A stretch of DNA of 36,355 nt, from the IMG/VR virus record IMGVR_UViG_3300005764_000040, positions 1 through 36,355 of that record, one strand, 5' to 3'. Source of the DNA: a virus. Its lineage: Duplodnaviria > Caudoviricetes. This document shows positions 1 through 9,475 of this stretch, in pieces. The notes below the pieces were generated by a model. The model did not search any database, had not been told where the DNA came from, and saw only the letters and a program-made list of their open reading frames with translations. Every line of letters begins with the position of its first letter. Position 1 is the first letter of the stretch. Position numbers and translations under genes: made by a program.

Positions 1-2
1 CC

Positions 3-521
3 GCAGCGGGCGTCAACGGCCTGAGCCGCTACGCGACCGACCTCACCTACCGCTACACCGACGACGAGTACCAGTCGCTCAACGAGGGCGGCGTCGACAT
101 GGCGCGGCTCATTTACGGCGGCGTCGAGTCGTACGGATACCGCACGCTGGTCGACCCCGACGGTCCTCAGCAGACGTGGCTCGACCTCGGCAACGCCCGC
201 CTCAACATGGCGATCGTCGCCGAGGCGGATCAGATCGCCGAGCGCTTCGTCTTCTCGCAGATCGACGGGCGCGGGCGCACGATCAGTCAATTCGGCGCAG
301 AGCTTCGGGCGATGCTCGTGCCCTTCTACGAGGCCGACGCCCTCTTCGGGGCGACGCCCGACGACGCCTTCTTCGTCGACGTCGGCTCGCAGGTCAACAC
401 ACCCGAGACGATCGCGGCGGGCGAACTGCACGCCGTGATCGAGGTCCGCATGTCGCCGTTCGCCGAGCTTGTCGTGATCGAGATCGTGAAGGTCGCGACG
501 ACGCAGTCGATCGCGGCGTGA
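3..521 (+). CDS. Tail sheath protein, C-terminal part (5' truncated)
   Basis: Frame is open from base 3. The C-terminal pattern YGYRTL...DAFFVDVGSQVNTPETIAAGELHAVIEVRMSPFAELVVIEI is typical of contractile sheaths, and the tube gene follows. Confidence 0.9.
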   Translation, partial: AAGVNGLSRYATDLTYRYTDDEYQSLNEGGVDMARLIYGGVESYGYRTLVDPDGPQQTWLDLGNARLNMAIVAEADQIAERFVFSQIDGRGRTISQFGAELRAMLVPFYEADALFGATPDDAFFVDVGSQVNTPETIAAGELHAVIEVRMSPFAELVVIEIVKVATTQSIAA

Positions 522-540
522 GGGAAGGGAGGTAAGAGCA

Positions 541-948
541 GTGAGGCAAGATCAGTACGACGTGAAGGTGAGTGTCGACGGGCGCGACCTCGGCACGTTC
601 GACAAGCTCACGGGCGGCGAGATCGACTCAGAAGAGACGACCTTCAAGCCCGGTGCGATGGGCGCACGTATCTCGCTCGGCGGCTCGGTCAACGTCGGCG
701 CGGTGACGGTGTCGGTGCTGTACGACCTCGCCCGGATTCACACGCTCGTGCACTGGCTGATCAGCCGTGTCGGGAAGGGCAGCGCCGTCGTCTCGAAGCA
801 GCCGCTCGACGTCGACGGCATCGCCTTCGGGCGACCGATCGTGTACAGCGGCAAGCTCAAGCAGGTGAACCCGCCCGAGGTCGACAGCGAGTCGAGCGAC
901 GCGGCCCTGATCGAGCTTGAGATCACACCCGCAGGCACGGTCGCCTGA
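541..948 (+). CDS. Tail tube protein
   Basis: 135 aa, beta-rich, directly after the sheath, with a strong RBS (GGGAGGT). GTFDKLTGGEIDSE and the terminal LIELEI resemble T4 gp19-like/CIS tube proteins. Confidence 0.85.
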   Translation: MRQDQYDVKVSVDGRDLGTFDKLTGGEIDSEETTFKPGAMGARISLGGSVNVGAVTVSVLYDLARIHTLVHWLISRVGKGSAVVSKQPLDVDGIAFGRPIVYSGKLKQVNPPEVDSESSDAALIELEITPAGTVA

Positions 949-1580
949 TGCACGAGCACGACGACGAGACGCGCGTGCTCTCGACGAGCGACCTGCCCGC
1001 GCACTCGCAGGGCACGCACGACCACGAGCACACGTGGCCCGAGGCCGACCCCGATCTCGAGGTCGGTGTCGCCGCGTCGGGCAACGGCAAGCCGACGAGC
1101 GTGCTCGATGCGCTGCGTGCCGTGCGCGAGCGGCAGGCGGTCGAGCACACGCTCGATCTCGAAGTACCCGGCTGGACCGGGCTGCTCGCGCTGCGGCTCG
1201 GGCCGATCCCCGCCGTGCAGATCGCTCGCATCGCCGACCGCGTGCAGTCGTCTCGCTCGCCCGAGCGTGCCTTCAACGCGAACGCCGACATGCTGATCGC
1301 GGCGACGCGGGCAGTGCTCGGGCGGGCGTCGCGCTCGGGCGAGTGGGAAGTGCTACCGGGCGACAACGGCGAGCCGCTGCTGCTCGGCGAAGAGCTTGCC
1401 GAGAAGCTGGGGCTGCGGGCGACCCGTGCCCGCGACCTCGTGCGTGAGCTTTACGACCGGGCGAACGCGCCCGACCTCGCGCTCGGCTCGGCGGCTAACG
1501 ACTACATCGAGTGGGCGACGACGACGAATGAAGAGCTAGACGACTCGATGCTGGGGGAATCACCGGCAGCGCCGAGATAA
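948..1580 (+). CDS. Tail assembly chaperone (G-like)
   Basis: Lies between tube and tape measure; slippery GGGGGAA at 1553-1559 near its 3' end. Confidence 0.75.
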   Translation: MHEHDDETRVLSTSDLPAHSQGTHDHEHTWPEADPDLEVGVAASGNGKPTSVLDALRAVRERQAVEHTLDLEVPGWTGLLALRLGPIPAVQIARIADRVQSSRSPERAFNANADMLIAATRAVLGRASRSGEWEVLPGDNGEPLLLGEELAEKLGLRATRARDLVRELYDRANAPDLALGSAANDYIEWATTTNEELDDSMLGESPAAPR

Positions 1581-1765
1581 GCACGGCAGCCGTGCTCGCC
1601 CTGCGCGGCCTTCCGGCGTTGCAATTCCTCACGACAACCGACCCCGACGAGCGGCTGATGCTGATCGCGCTCGCCCGACGTGCGCAGCAGTTGCACGAGG
1701 TCGATCAGACGAACCTCGCCGTGCTCGTCGTCAACACACTCGCGAAGGCGATGAAGAAGCGCTAA
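1553..1765 (+). CDS. -1 frame extension of the tail chaperone (GT-like frameshift product)
   Basis: The -1 frame is open from GGGGGAA to TAA at 1763-1765 (ITGSAEISTAAVLALRGLPALQFLTTTDPDERLMLIALARRAQQLHEVDQTNLAVLVVNTLAKAMKKR) and ends 3 nt before the tape measure start. Confidence 0.7.
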   Translation, partial: GGITGSAEISTAAVLALRGLPALQFLTTTDPDERLMLIALARRAQQLHEVDQTNLAVLVVNTLAKAMKKR

Positions 1766-1768
1766 CCC

Positions 1769-3490
1769 GTGGCTGATTACGTCGAGATATTCCTCGCGCT
1801 CAAAAACGCGCGCAAATTCATCAGCGACGCCGACAAGTCGGGGCGCGCCGTCGAGGGCGTCGGCAAGAGTGCGCAGAAGGGCTCGAAGGCGGCGTCGAAG
1901 TCGTGGCGCAACATGACGCAGGTCATAGGCGGCACGGCGGTCTTCGCGGCGGCGGGCGTGTACATGAAGCACGCGACGCAAGACGCCGTCGACCTGCACG
2001 AAGAGATCAACAAAGGGCAGGTCGTCTTCGGGCGCTCGGCGGCGGATATCGAGCACTGGTCTGAGTCGAGCGCGACCTCGCTCGGCATGACCCGCGTCGA
2101 GGCGCTTCAAGCGACGGGCATCTTCGGCAACATGCTCGTGCCGATGGGCTACGCCCGCAAGCGGGCGGCGAGCATGTCGAAGGGACTCGTCAAGCTCTCG
2201 GCCGACCTCGCCTCGTTCAACAACGCTAGCCCGGAAGAGACGATGCAGGCGCTGCGCTCGGGGCTGGCGGGGCAGGTGCGCCCGCTGCGGCGCTTCGGCG
2301 TCTTCCTCGATCAAGCGCGGATCAAGGCGGTCGCCGTCTCGACGGGGATCGTAAAGGCGACGAAGAATACGGGGCTGATCAAAGTCGCCCAGCTTCGCGC
2401 CGAGGTCGCGCAGCGCAAGTACACGAAGGCGGTCGCGAAGCACGGCAAGCAGTCGACGCAGGGCTTGCAGGCGCTCGCGACCTGGCGCTCGGCGCAGCAG
2501 CGGGTCGCGAAGGCGGTGCAGGGATCGGTGCCGCAGTTGACGGCGGCGCAGAAGGCGACGGCGGCGTACCGAATCATTCAAATGGATACGAAAGACGCGC
2601 AAGGCGACTTCGCCCGCACGTCTGACGCTATGGCGAACCGGCAGCGCATCTTGCGCGCCCAGTTCGGCAACCTGAGCGAAGAGCTAGGGACGAAGACGCT
2701 GCCGATCATGCTCAAAGTCGCGGGCGTGCTCGTCGAAGTCATGAAGCACACGAACCTGCTGAAAGCGGCGCTGCTCGTGATCATCCCGCTCTTCGTCACC
2801 TATCAGGTGATGATCTTCGCCGTCACCGCCGCCGAGACGCTTTTCAACGTGCAGCTAAGCATCACGCAGGTGCTCATCACGGGCGGCGTCGTGCTCGCGA
2901 TCTTCGCCCTGATCGCGGTCGGGTACCTGCTGATCAAGCACTGGGGCACGGTGAAGAAGGTCGCCGCGCAGGTGTGGGGCGCGATCTTGAAGGGCGCGCG
3001 CTTTGTCTGGCAGTGGCTCAAACGGAACTGGCCCTACATTCTCGGCGTGCTCGTCGGCCCGTTCGGGCTGGCGGTCGTCGCGGTCGTCAAGCACTGGGAC
3101 AAGATCAAAGCGGGCGTGCGCAAGCTCGCCGACTACGTCATCAAGCAGTTTCAGCGCGTGGTCGACTTCGTGAAGTCGATCCCCTCGAAGATCGGCTCGC
3201 CCTTCAAGAAGGCGCTCGGCGGCGTCGGCGGCTTCGCGAGCAAGCTCAACCCGTTCGGCGGGCAGCACGGCGGCGTCGTGCCGCGAGCGTCGCGCGTGCT
3301 CGTCGGTGAGCGCGGTCCCGAGATGCTGACCTTGCCGACCGGGGCGAAGATCACGCCGCTGCCCTTCTCGGGCAGCGCCGCGCTCGCGGGCGGCGGCGAG
3401 GCAGTGATTCACACGCACGTGTACGTCGACCGTCGCGAGATCGCGAGGGCGGTCGGGCGGTACACGTCTGACAAGCTCGCGAGGCGCTGA
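1769..3490 (+). CDS. Tape measure protein
   Basis: 573 aa, helical and Ala/Lys-rich, with core LVKLSADLASFNN...ALRSGLAGQVRPLRRFGV, hydrophobic segments, periodic Trp residues and a C-terminal GG...LVGERGPE motif. Confidence 0.93.
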   Translation: MADYVEIFLALKNARKFISDADKSGRAVEGVGKSAQKGSKAASKSWRNMTQVIGGTAVFAAAGVYMKHATQDAVDLHEEINKGQVVFGRSAADIEHWSESSATSLGMTRVEALQATGIFGNMLVPMGYARKRAASMSKGLVKLSADLASFNNASPEETMQALRSGLAGQVRPLRRFGVFLDQARIKAVAVSTGIVKATKNTGLIKVAQLRAEVAQRKYTKAVAKHGKQSTQGLQALATWRSAQQRVAKAVQGSVPQLTAAQKATAAYRIIQMDTKDAQGDFARTSDAMANRQRILRAQFGNLSEELGTKTLPIMLKVAGVLVEVMKHTNLLKAALLVIIPLFVTYQVMIFAVTAAETLFNVQLSITQVLITGGVVLAIFALIAVGYLLIKHWGTVKKVAAQVWGAILKGARFVWQWLKRNWPYILGVLVGPFGLAVVAVVKHWDKIKAGVRKLADYVIKQFQRVVDFVKSIPSKIGSPFKKALGGVGGFASKLNPFGGQHGGVVPRASRVLVGERGPEMLTLPTGAKITPLPFSGSAALAGGGEAVIHTHVYVDRREIARAVGRYTSDKLARR

Positions 3491-3492
3491 GC

Positions 3493-4239
3493 GTGGCACC
3501 CGCGCCGCCTGTCGGCAAGGTGCGCGTCTCGTCGAAGAGCGGCGACCTCTCGGTCGAGGCGTGGCTCGCCGACGAGCGCCCCGACGTCGGCTCGGGCTTC
3601 GGCGGCTGGGACGTGATCGACCGCCCGCGCCGCAAGCCGCTGACGACGTGGAAGTCTTCGCCGAACCTGTCGCTGACGCTGCCGATCCTGCTCGACAACT
3701 TCGCGAGCGGCGTCTCGGTCGAGGGCGAGATCGCGACGGTCGAGAAGATGGGGCAGTCGGTGCACGGTGACGACCCGCCGATCTTGACCGTGAGGGCGAG
3801 CGGCGGTGCCGTGCCCTTCCAGGGGCGCGAGTGGGTGCTCGGCGAGCTTGCCTTCGGCGACGCCGAGATGAATACGGTCGGCAACCGCGTGCGGCAGTAC
3901 CTCACGTTGACGCTGATCGAGCACGTCGACGACCGCTACCTGACCGAGCGCTCGGCGGCGAACCGTCGGCGGCGGTCGGCCCGAGGGAACAAGGGCCGAG
4001 GCGCGGCGGCGAAGCGAGTCGTCGCGAAGCGCTCGTCGAAGCATCCGAAGAAGACGACGCCGCACTCGCTCGCGCGTACGGCGACCGTCGACGAGGGCGA
4101 CTTCGGCACGGGCGAAGACCTGCTCACGATCGCCGCGCGCGAGCTGGGCGACGCTGACCGCTGGGTCGAGATCGCCCAGCTAAACGGGCTGCGCGACCCG
4201 CGCGCGATCACACCGGGGCAGGTGCTACGGCTGCCGTGA
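3493..4239 (+). CDS. LysM-domain tail tube initiator / baseplate protein (P2 gpU+gpX-like)
   Basis: Follows the tape measure; C-terminal LysM pattern EDLLTIAARELGDADRWVEIAQLNGLRDPRAITPGQVLRLP. Confidence 0.85.
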   Translation: MAPAPPVGKVRVSSKSGDLSVEAWLADERPDVGSGFGGWDVIDRPRRKPLTTWKSSPNLSLTLPILLDNFASGVSVEGEIATVEKMGQSVHGDDPPILTVRASGGAVPFQGREWVLGELAFGDAEMNTVGNRVRQYLTLTLIEHVDDRYLTERSAANRRRRSARGNKGRGAAAKRVVAKRSSKHPKKTTPHSLARTATVDEGDFGTGEDLLTIAARELGDADRWVEIAQLNGLRDPRAITPGQVLRLP

Positions 4240-4424
4240 GCGCGGAAGGCGAAGCGGTGTCGCTACCCGACCCAGCCGCCGTCGGCGCATTCCTGACGGG
4301 CATCGCGAGCGTGCTCAGCGCGGCGTGGGCGCTGCGCCGCCTGCGGCGGCTTGACGAAGAAGAGTGCGAAAAGCGCTTCGCCGCCTTTCGCGAGGGCTTG
4401 AAGCTCGGGAAGGGGGATGAGTGA
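4236..4424 (+). CDS. Small single-pass membrane protein, possible holin-like
   Basis: 62 aa with hydrophobic AAVGAFLTGIASVLSAAWAL followed by a charged tail; 4-bp overlaps with both neighbours. Confidence 0.5.
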   Translation: MSAEGEAVSLPDPAAVGAFLTGIASVLSAAWALRRLRRLDEEECEKRFAAFREGLKLGKGDE

Positions 4425-4750
4425 GCAAGGCCACGATCGGCGGGCTGTCGGCGGCGCTCGTGCTCGCGAGCGCGTCGGGCTTTCTCGTCTCGACTGCGAT
4501 CGGCGGCTCGTCGCAGCAGCCGACGCGCACGGTGACGGTCAACCTCGCTAACGGCGCGACCGGGCCGACCGGTCCCGCTGGGCCGCGCGGTCCGGCAGGG
4601 CCGCAGGGCGAGCGCGGGCCGCAGGGCGAGCGCGGCGCAACCGGGCCGTCGGGTGCGCAGACGTGCTCGGCTGGCTTCGAGCACGGCGTGCTCGTGATCA
4701 ATCACCCCGGCGGGCAGGTCGCGATCGAGACGTGCTTGAGGAACCCGTGA
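4421..4750 (+). CDS. Membrane-anchored or secreted short collagen-repeat protein
   Basis: N-terminal hydrophobic segment, a Gly-X-Y run ([10 protein letters not shown]...GPSGAQ) and a small C-terminal domain with two Cys. Confidence 0.7.
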   Translation: MSKATIGGLSAALVLASASGFLVSTAIGGSSQQPTRTVTVNLANGATGPTGPAGPRGPAGPQGERGPQGERGATGPSGAQTCSAGFEHGVLVINHPGGQVAIETCLRNP

Positions 4751-4751
4751 G

Positions 4752-6152
4752 ATGAGCAGCGCGCTCGCAGTCGTCCCGCGCGCGCCCGACCCCGAGGTCG
4801 ACCTCGACCTCGCGGCGCTCAGGCTCGACGTCCCGCCCTTCGGCAAGAGGCGGCGCGGGCTTGACACGCGCATCGTCGAGAGCGTCACCGACGGCGAGCT
4901 TGAGCGCACGATCGAGGGTGCCTCGACGCTGAGCCTGACCGTGCACGACCCGAAGCGGGCGCTCTTGCAGTCGGGCATCTTCTCGAAGCCGATCGAGGTC
5001 ACGCTCGGCCCTGAGCGCTTCCGTCTCGTGCAGGTGCAGAAGCAGGCCGACGACCTGACGCTGACCTTCGAGGATCGCGCCGTCGCGCTGCTGCGCCAGC
5101 GCTCGAAGCCGCGCCACGCGAAGCGCGGCGACGTCACGCGGGCGCAGTTCGCACTCTCGCTCGTGCGCGAGATCAAGCCGCCGCTTCCGTTCGTCTGCCC
5201 GGAGCTCAAGCAGCGGCAGCCGATCGTCGGGCAGCAGGCGAAGGGCAAGCTCGACCGCCGCAAGGCGCGCAAGGTGCTGCCGTACCAGTTTCGGCGCGGC
5301 GGCACCGACGGCACGCACGAAGACTCGTGGGCATGCCTGCAACGGCTGGCCGAAGAGGTCAACTGGCGCTGCTTCGTCTCGGCGGGCGCGGTCTTCTTCA
5401 TCAGCGAGCCGCAACTGCTGAGCGCGAAGCGCAAGACGCTCGTCAGCGAGCAGACGCTCGGGGTGAGCGGGGTCGACTTTGAGATCGACAACGGCAAGGT
5501 GCGCAGCGAAGTGACCGTCACCGCGCGCTCGCGGCGCTGGGGCACGCCGCCCGGTGCGATCGTCGACCTGAGCGGCGTCGGCCCTGCCGACGGGCTATGG
5601 CTCGTCAGCGACGTGCGCCGCTCGCTCTTCGACCCCGAGGCGACGATCACGCTCAAGCGCGCGACGAAGAAGCTGCCCGAGCCTGCGCCCGAGACGCGAG
5701 AGGTCACACCGAAGACGGGCAAGCATCGCCGGGGCGACTCACCGAGCGGCGCGGCAGCGTCGAAGGCGTGGGCGGCAGCCGAGCGGATCGACGACGCGCA
5801 CCTGCCCTACGTCTGGGGCGGCGGGCACGCGCGGGCAGGCTCGCCGAGCGGCGGCGGGTACGACTGCTCAGGCTCGACGGTCGCCGTGCTCGCGGCGGCG
5901 GGGCTGGGCTTCCGACCGGGCGGGCCGACGGCGACCTCGGGCACGATCGCGCGCTCGTGGGGCAAGTCGGGGCGCGGGACCGATCTCACCGTGTACGCGA
6001 ACGACGTGCACGTCTTCATCGTCTTTCACACCCAGCACGGCGACGTGCACTTCGGCACGGGGCGCTGGGGGAAGAACTGGGGCGGGGCTGGCTTCAACCC
6101 GCAGATGCACCCGACCTCGGGCTTCACCGCTCGACACTGGCCGGGGGTGTGA
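4752..6152 (+). CDS. Baseplate hub (gpD/gp27-like) fused to a C-terminal NlpC/P60 peptidoglycan peptidase
   Basis: Hub-like [19 protein letters not shown] and [11 protein letters not shown] segments; C-terminal PYVWGGGH...YDCSG...HVFI is the NlpC/P60 Cys-His signature. Confidence 0.85.
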   Translation: MSSALAVVPRAPDPEVDLDLAALRLDVPPFGKRRRGLDTRIVESVTDGELERTIEGASTLSLTVHDPKRALLQSGIFSKPIEVTLGPERFRLVQVQKQADDLTLTFEDRAVALLRQRSKPRHAKRGDVTRAQFALSLVREIKPPLPFVCPELKQRQPIVGQQAKGKLDRRKARKVLPYQFRRGGTDGTHEDSWACLQRLAEEVNWRCFVSAGAVFFISEPQLLSAKRKTLVSEQTLGVSGVDFEIDNGKVRSEVTVTARSRRWGTPPGAIVDLSGVGPADGLWLVSDVRRSLFDPEATITLKRATKKLPEPAPETREVTPKTGKHRRGDSPSGAAASKAWAAAERIDDAHLPYVWGGGHARAGSPSGGGYDCSGSTVAVLAAAGLGFRPGGPTATSGTIARSWGKSGRGTDLTVYANDVHVFIVFHTQHGDVHFGTGRWGKNWGGAGFNPQMHPTSGFTARHWPGV

Positions 6153-6156
6153 GGCC

Positions 6157-7653
6157 GTGCCCGAGCTAAGCGACCTGATCACCCGAGAGCCGAGCCTCGC
6201 GAACGTCGTGCGCGGTCGCGTCGCAGTCTCGCCCGCGACGCCCGACGACGAGCTTCACGTCGTGATCGCGACCGCCGACGGCGAGCGCCAGCAGTGGGGT
6301 CCGTGCCCGTGGGCACCGTCGAGCAGCCTGCCCGCGCTCGGCGACGACTGCCTCGTGATCTTCGACGAGCGCGAGACGCCGTGGGTCATGACGCTCGCGC
6401 CCGTGTACGGCACGGGCGAACCCGGCCCGCCCGGTCCCGAAGGGCCAGAGGGTCCGGCAGGCCCGACGGGTCCGGCTGGCCCGATCGGGCCGCAGGGCGT
6501 GAAGGGCGACACGGGTGCGACCGGGGCGACCGGGCCGCAGGGTCCGACGGGCGCGACGGGCGCGCAGGGTCCGAAGGGCGACACGGGCGCGACAGGCTCG
6601 ACCGGACCGCAAGGGCCGAAGGGCGACACGGGCGACACGGGCGCGACCGGGCCGACCGGTCCGGCAGGCACACCGGGCGAGAAGTGGTACACGGGCAGCG
6701 GCGCGCCGAGCGGTGCGACGGGCATCGTCGGCGACTGGTACGTCGACTCGGCGACGGGTGACTTCTACGAGAAGACGGGCGCGTCGACGTGGGTGCTGCG
6801 AGGCAGCCTGCGCGGGCCGCAGGGCGCGACCGGGCCGCAGGGACCTACGGGGGCAACTGGCTCGCAGGGACCGACGGGCGCGACCGGGCCGCAAGGACCG
6901 CAGGGCGACACGGGTGCGACGGGTGCGCAGGGTCCCGCAGGCGTCGGCGTGCCGACGCCCGTCGGTGCCGATGGGCAATTCATTCGGGCGGCGGGCGGCG
7001 TCGCTATCTGGCAGAGCTACACCCCGCCCGACGCGACCGCGAGCGCGAAGGGCGTCGTGCAGCTTGCGGGCGATCTCGCGGGCACCGCCGACTCGCCGCA
7101 GATCGCGGCGAACGCGATCACCGTCACCGAGCTAGCCGACGATGCAGTCAGCGCCGCGAAGATCGCCGCGAACGCCGTCGGCACGAGCGAGCTTGCCGAC
7201 GGCGCGGTCGACCTGGCTGCTTTCGCGACGGGGGCGCTGCCGAGCGAATTCGCGGCGGGCACGACCAGCACGATCACATCCGACACGAACTTTCGCGCCT
7301 ACACGCCGAGCAAGTCGTCGTACTGGTCGCGCGGGCTGGCGCTGCTCAACCCGACCAACTGCTACATCGGCTTCGGGGCGGCGGCGGGCACGTACTTCGT
7401 CTTCCTCGGCGCGACCAACTGGACGGCGGCGGCTGGCTCGACCCTCGGGCTTTTCTTCATCAAAAACGATGCGTCGATCTACCTCGGCTGCGGGGTCACG
7501 GCAACGCTTCAGAAGGGGGCATCCCCTGCTCAAGCGGGCGTCTTCTCGATGGGTCCGTACAACGCCGCCGCGAACGACACCCTCAAGCCGTTTATCTACT
7601 GCTCAGGCGGCGGCACCTGCCAGATCAACATCGGTGTGTACCGGGTCCCGTGA
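6157..7653 (+). CDS. Baseplate spike-like N-terminus fused to collagen / tail-fibre repeats and a candidate receptor-binding domain
   Basis: N-terminal [13 protein letters not shown] resembles the gpV/gp5 OB-fold; two Gly-X-Y tracts; [12 protein letters not shown] fibre repeat; ELADDAV/KIAANAV repeats; aromatic beta-rich C-terminus. Confidence 0.75.
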   Translation: MPELSDLITREPSLANVVRGRVAVSPATPDDELHVVIATADGERQQWGPCPWAPSSSLPALGDDCLVIFDERETPWVMTLAPVYGTGEPGPPGPEGPEGPAGPTGPAGPIGPQGVKGDTGATGATGPQGPTGATGAQGPKGDTGATGSTGPQGPKGDTGDTGATGPTGPAGTPGEKWYTGSGAPSGATGIVGDWYVDSATGDFYEKTGASTWVLRGSLRGPQGATGPQGPTGATGSQGPTGATGPQGPQGDTGATGAQGPAGVGVPTPVGADGQFIRAAGGVAIWQSYTPPDATASAKGVVQLAGDLAGTADSPQIAANAITVTELADDAVSAAKIAANAVGTSELADGAVDLAAFATGALPSEFAAGTTSTITSDTNFRAYTPSKSSYWSRGLALLNPTNCYIGFGAAAGTYFVFLGATNWTAAAGSTLGLFFIKNDASIYLGCGVTATLQKGASPAQAGVFSMGPYNAAANDTLKPFIYCSGGGTCQINIGVYRVP

Positions 7654-7832
7654 GGTACGAGGTCATGACGCCGAGCGGGATCATCTATGTCGTCGAGGCT
7701 GCGAGCGCTGACGAGGCACGCGAGACGATCGCCGCCGACTTGCACGACGAGGCAGCCTGCGCCCCCGCCGATCTCGTTGTGAGCGTCGCCCCGCTTGAGC
7801 CGCCGCCCGACGTGGAGGTGCCCGCCGCGTGA
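7650..7832 (+). CDS. Small hypothetical protein (60 aa), possible fibre chaperone
   Basis: GTGA overlaps at both ends; [31 protein letters not shown]... Confidence 0.6.
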   Translation: MRYEVMTPSGIIYVVEAASADEARETIAADLHDEAACAPADLVVSVAPLEPPPDVEVPAA

Positions 7833-8149
7833 CCGACATACCGCACTTCGACCTGCCCTTTCGCTTCGCCTCGCCGCAGGCGGCGGTCGTCGAGCAAGAC
7901 TCGATCGAAGAGATCGCCGAGTGCTGCCTCGCGATCTTGCTCTGCCCGCTCGGGTACCGCGTCGAGCTTCCCGACTTCGGGATCGCCGACCCGACCTTCG
8001 CGACCCCGCTCGTCGACCGCGCCGCGATCCGCACCGCCGTTGAGACGTGGGAGCCCCGAGCGGCGCTCGTGCTCTCGCAGGAGATCGACGACGTCGACCA
8101 GCTTGTGCAGCGCGTCAACGCGCTCGTGCAAGTGCGAACCGAAGAGTGA
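7829..8149 (+). CDS. Baseplate wedge protein, gp25/GpW-like
   Basis: 106 aa with ILLCPLGYRVELPDFG and IRTAVETWEPR motifs; precedes the J-like gene. Confidence 0.88.
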   Translation: MTDIPHFDLPFRFASPQAAVVEQDSIEEIAECCLAILLCPLGYRVELPDFGIADPTFATPLVDRAAIRTAVETWEPRAALVLSQEIDDVDQLVQRVNALVQVRTEE

Positions 8150-8158
8150 GGTAGCCGC

Positions 8159-9334
8159 ATGACCTACATCCCCGTACCGATCGAGACTGACCCGACCGAC
8201 CTCGCCGAAGACGCCTTCGCCTACCTCGAAGAGCAGGTACCGGGCTGGCTGCCCTCACCGGGGAATCTTGAGGCGTGGCTGATCGAGTCGCTTGCGCAGA
8301 CGGCGGGGGAGCTTCGCGAGCTTGCCGCGCTCGTGCCCGACGCGATCTTCGAGTATTACGGCTCGTCGATCCTCGGGCTGCCGCCCTACGAGGCAACGCA
8401 GGCGACGGGCGTCACCGACTGGGTGATGATCGACGCGGCGGGCTACACCGTCGACGAGGGCACGCTCGTCGCGATCTCGCCGCCCGCCTCGATCGACAGC
8501 TACGCCTTCGAGGTCGTCGACGCCTTCACCGTGCCGCCCGGTCAGACGACGCAGGCCGACGTCGCGATCAGGGCGCTCGAAGCGGGCGCTGAGGCAAGCG
8601 GGCTGACGGGCACGGTCGAAGTGCTCGACGCGCTCGACTTCGTCGACAGCGTGACGCTCGACGGGGCGACCACGGGCGGCGTCGACGCCGAGGCGACCGA
8701 CGACTACCTCGACCGCCTGAGCGACCTGCTGACGCTGCTCTCGCCGCGCCCGATCCTGCCGCAAGACTTCGCCGTGCTCGCGCAGCGCTCGGTGCCCGAG
8801 GTCGCGCGCGCGACCGCGATCGACTTGTGGAAGGGCGACACGGGCACGCCGAATACGCCCCGCTGCGTCTCGGTCGCCGTGATCGACGCGGCGGGCGAGG
8901 CGTGCTCGTCGACGGTGAAGGCCGAGGTCGACGCGCTCTTGCAGGCGCAGCGCGAGGTCAACTTCCTCGTGTACGTGATCGACCCGACGTACTCGACGAT
9001 CGACGTCAGCTTCGACGTCAGCGCGTACCCCGGTTACACGAGCACCGAGGTCGTCGACCGCGTCGTCGAGGCGCTGACCGCATTCCTCTCGCCCGCGAAC
9101 TGGGGCGTGCCGCCCTACGGCGACACGAGCGGGCGCTCGTGGATAAACGACACGACCGTGCGCTACCTCGAAGTGACTCAGGTCGTCAACGAGGCCGAGG
9201 GCGTGCACTACGTGAAGACGCTCACGATCCGCAAGGCGGGCGGCACGATGGGCACGAGCGACGTCGTCATGACGGGCGCTGCGCCGCTGCCGCGACCGGG
9301 CGCGATCGCGGGCACCGCCGAGGTCGAGGCATGA
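8159..9334 (+). CDS. Baseplate J/gp47-like protein
   Basis: 391 aa with ALEAGAEASG and TGGVDAEATDDYLDRL motifs; canonical position. Confidence 0.9.
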   Translation: MTYIPVPIETDPTDLAEDAFAYLEEQVPGWLPSPGNLEAWLIESLAQTAGELRELAALVPDAIFEYYGSSILGLPPYEATQATGVTDWVMIDAAGYTVDEGTLVAISPPASIDSYAFEVVDAFTVPPGQTTQADVAIRALEAGAEASGLTGTVEVLDALDFVDSVTLDGATTGGVDAEATDDYLDRLSDLLTLLSPRPILPQDFAVLAQRSVPEVARATAIDLWKGDTGTPNTPRCVSVAVIDAAGEACSSTVKAEVDALLQAQREVNFLVYVIDPTYSTIDVSFDVSAYPGYTSTEVVDRVVEALTAFLSPANWGVPPYGDTSGRSWINDTTVRYLEVTQVVNEAEGVHYVKTLTIRKAGGTMGTSDVVMTGAAPLPRPGAIAGTAEVEA

Positions 9335-9475
9335 GCGTCGACAACCTCACGATCGACGGCGTGCGCGACGTGCTCGACGAATTGGTCGAGCGCGGCGTGC
9401 TGCGGGTCGTCGGCGAGCGCGACGGCGAGCGCATCTACGACGTCGTGCCCGAGCAGCCCGAGGTCGAGGCATGAG
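9318..9475 (+). repeat. 18-bp direct repeat CCGAGGTCGAGGCATGAG
   Basis: Identical copies at 9318-9335 and 9458-9475. Confidence 0.9.
9331..9474 (+). CDS. Small hypothetical protein (47 aa) between J and I
   Basis: ATGA overlaps at both ends; MSVDNLTIDGVRDVLDELVERGVLRVVGERDGERIYDVVPEQPEVEA. Confidence 0.65.
   Translation: MSVDNLTIDGVRDVLDELVERGVLRVVGERDGERIYDVVPEQPEVEA

Noticed and set aside
6410-6945. Periodic DNA repeats that could suggest a CRISPR array or VNTR
   Set aside because: They are codons for Gly-X-Y collagen; there is no constant repeat with unique spacers.
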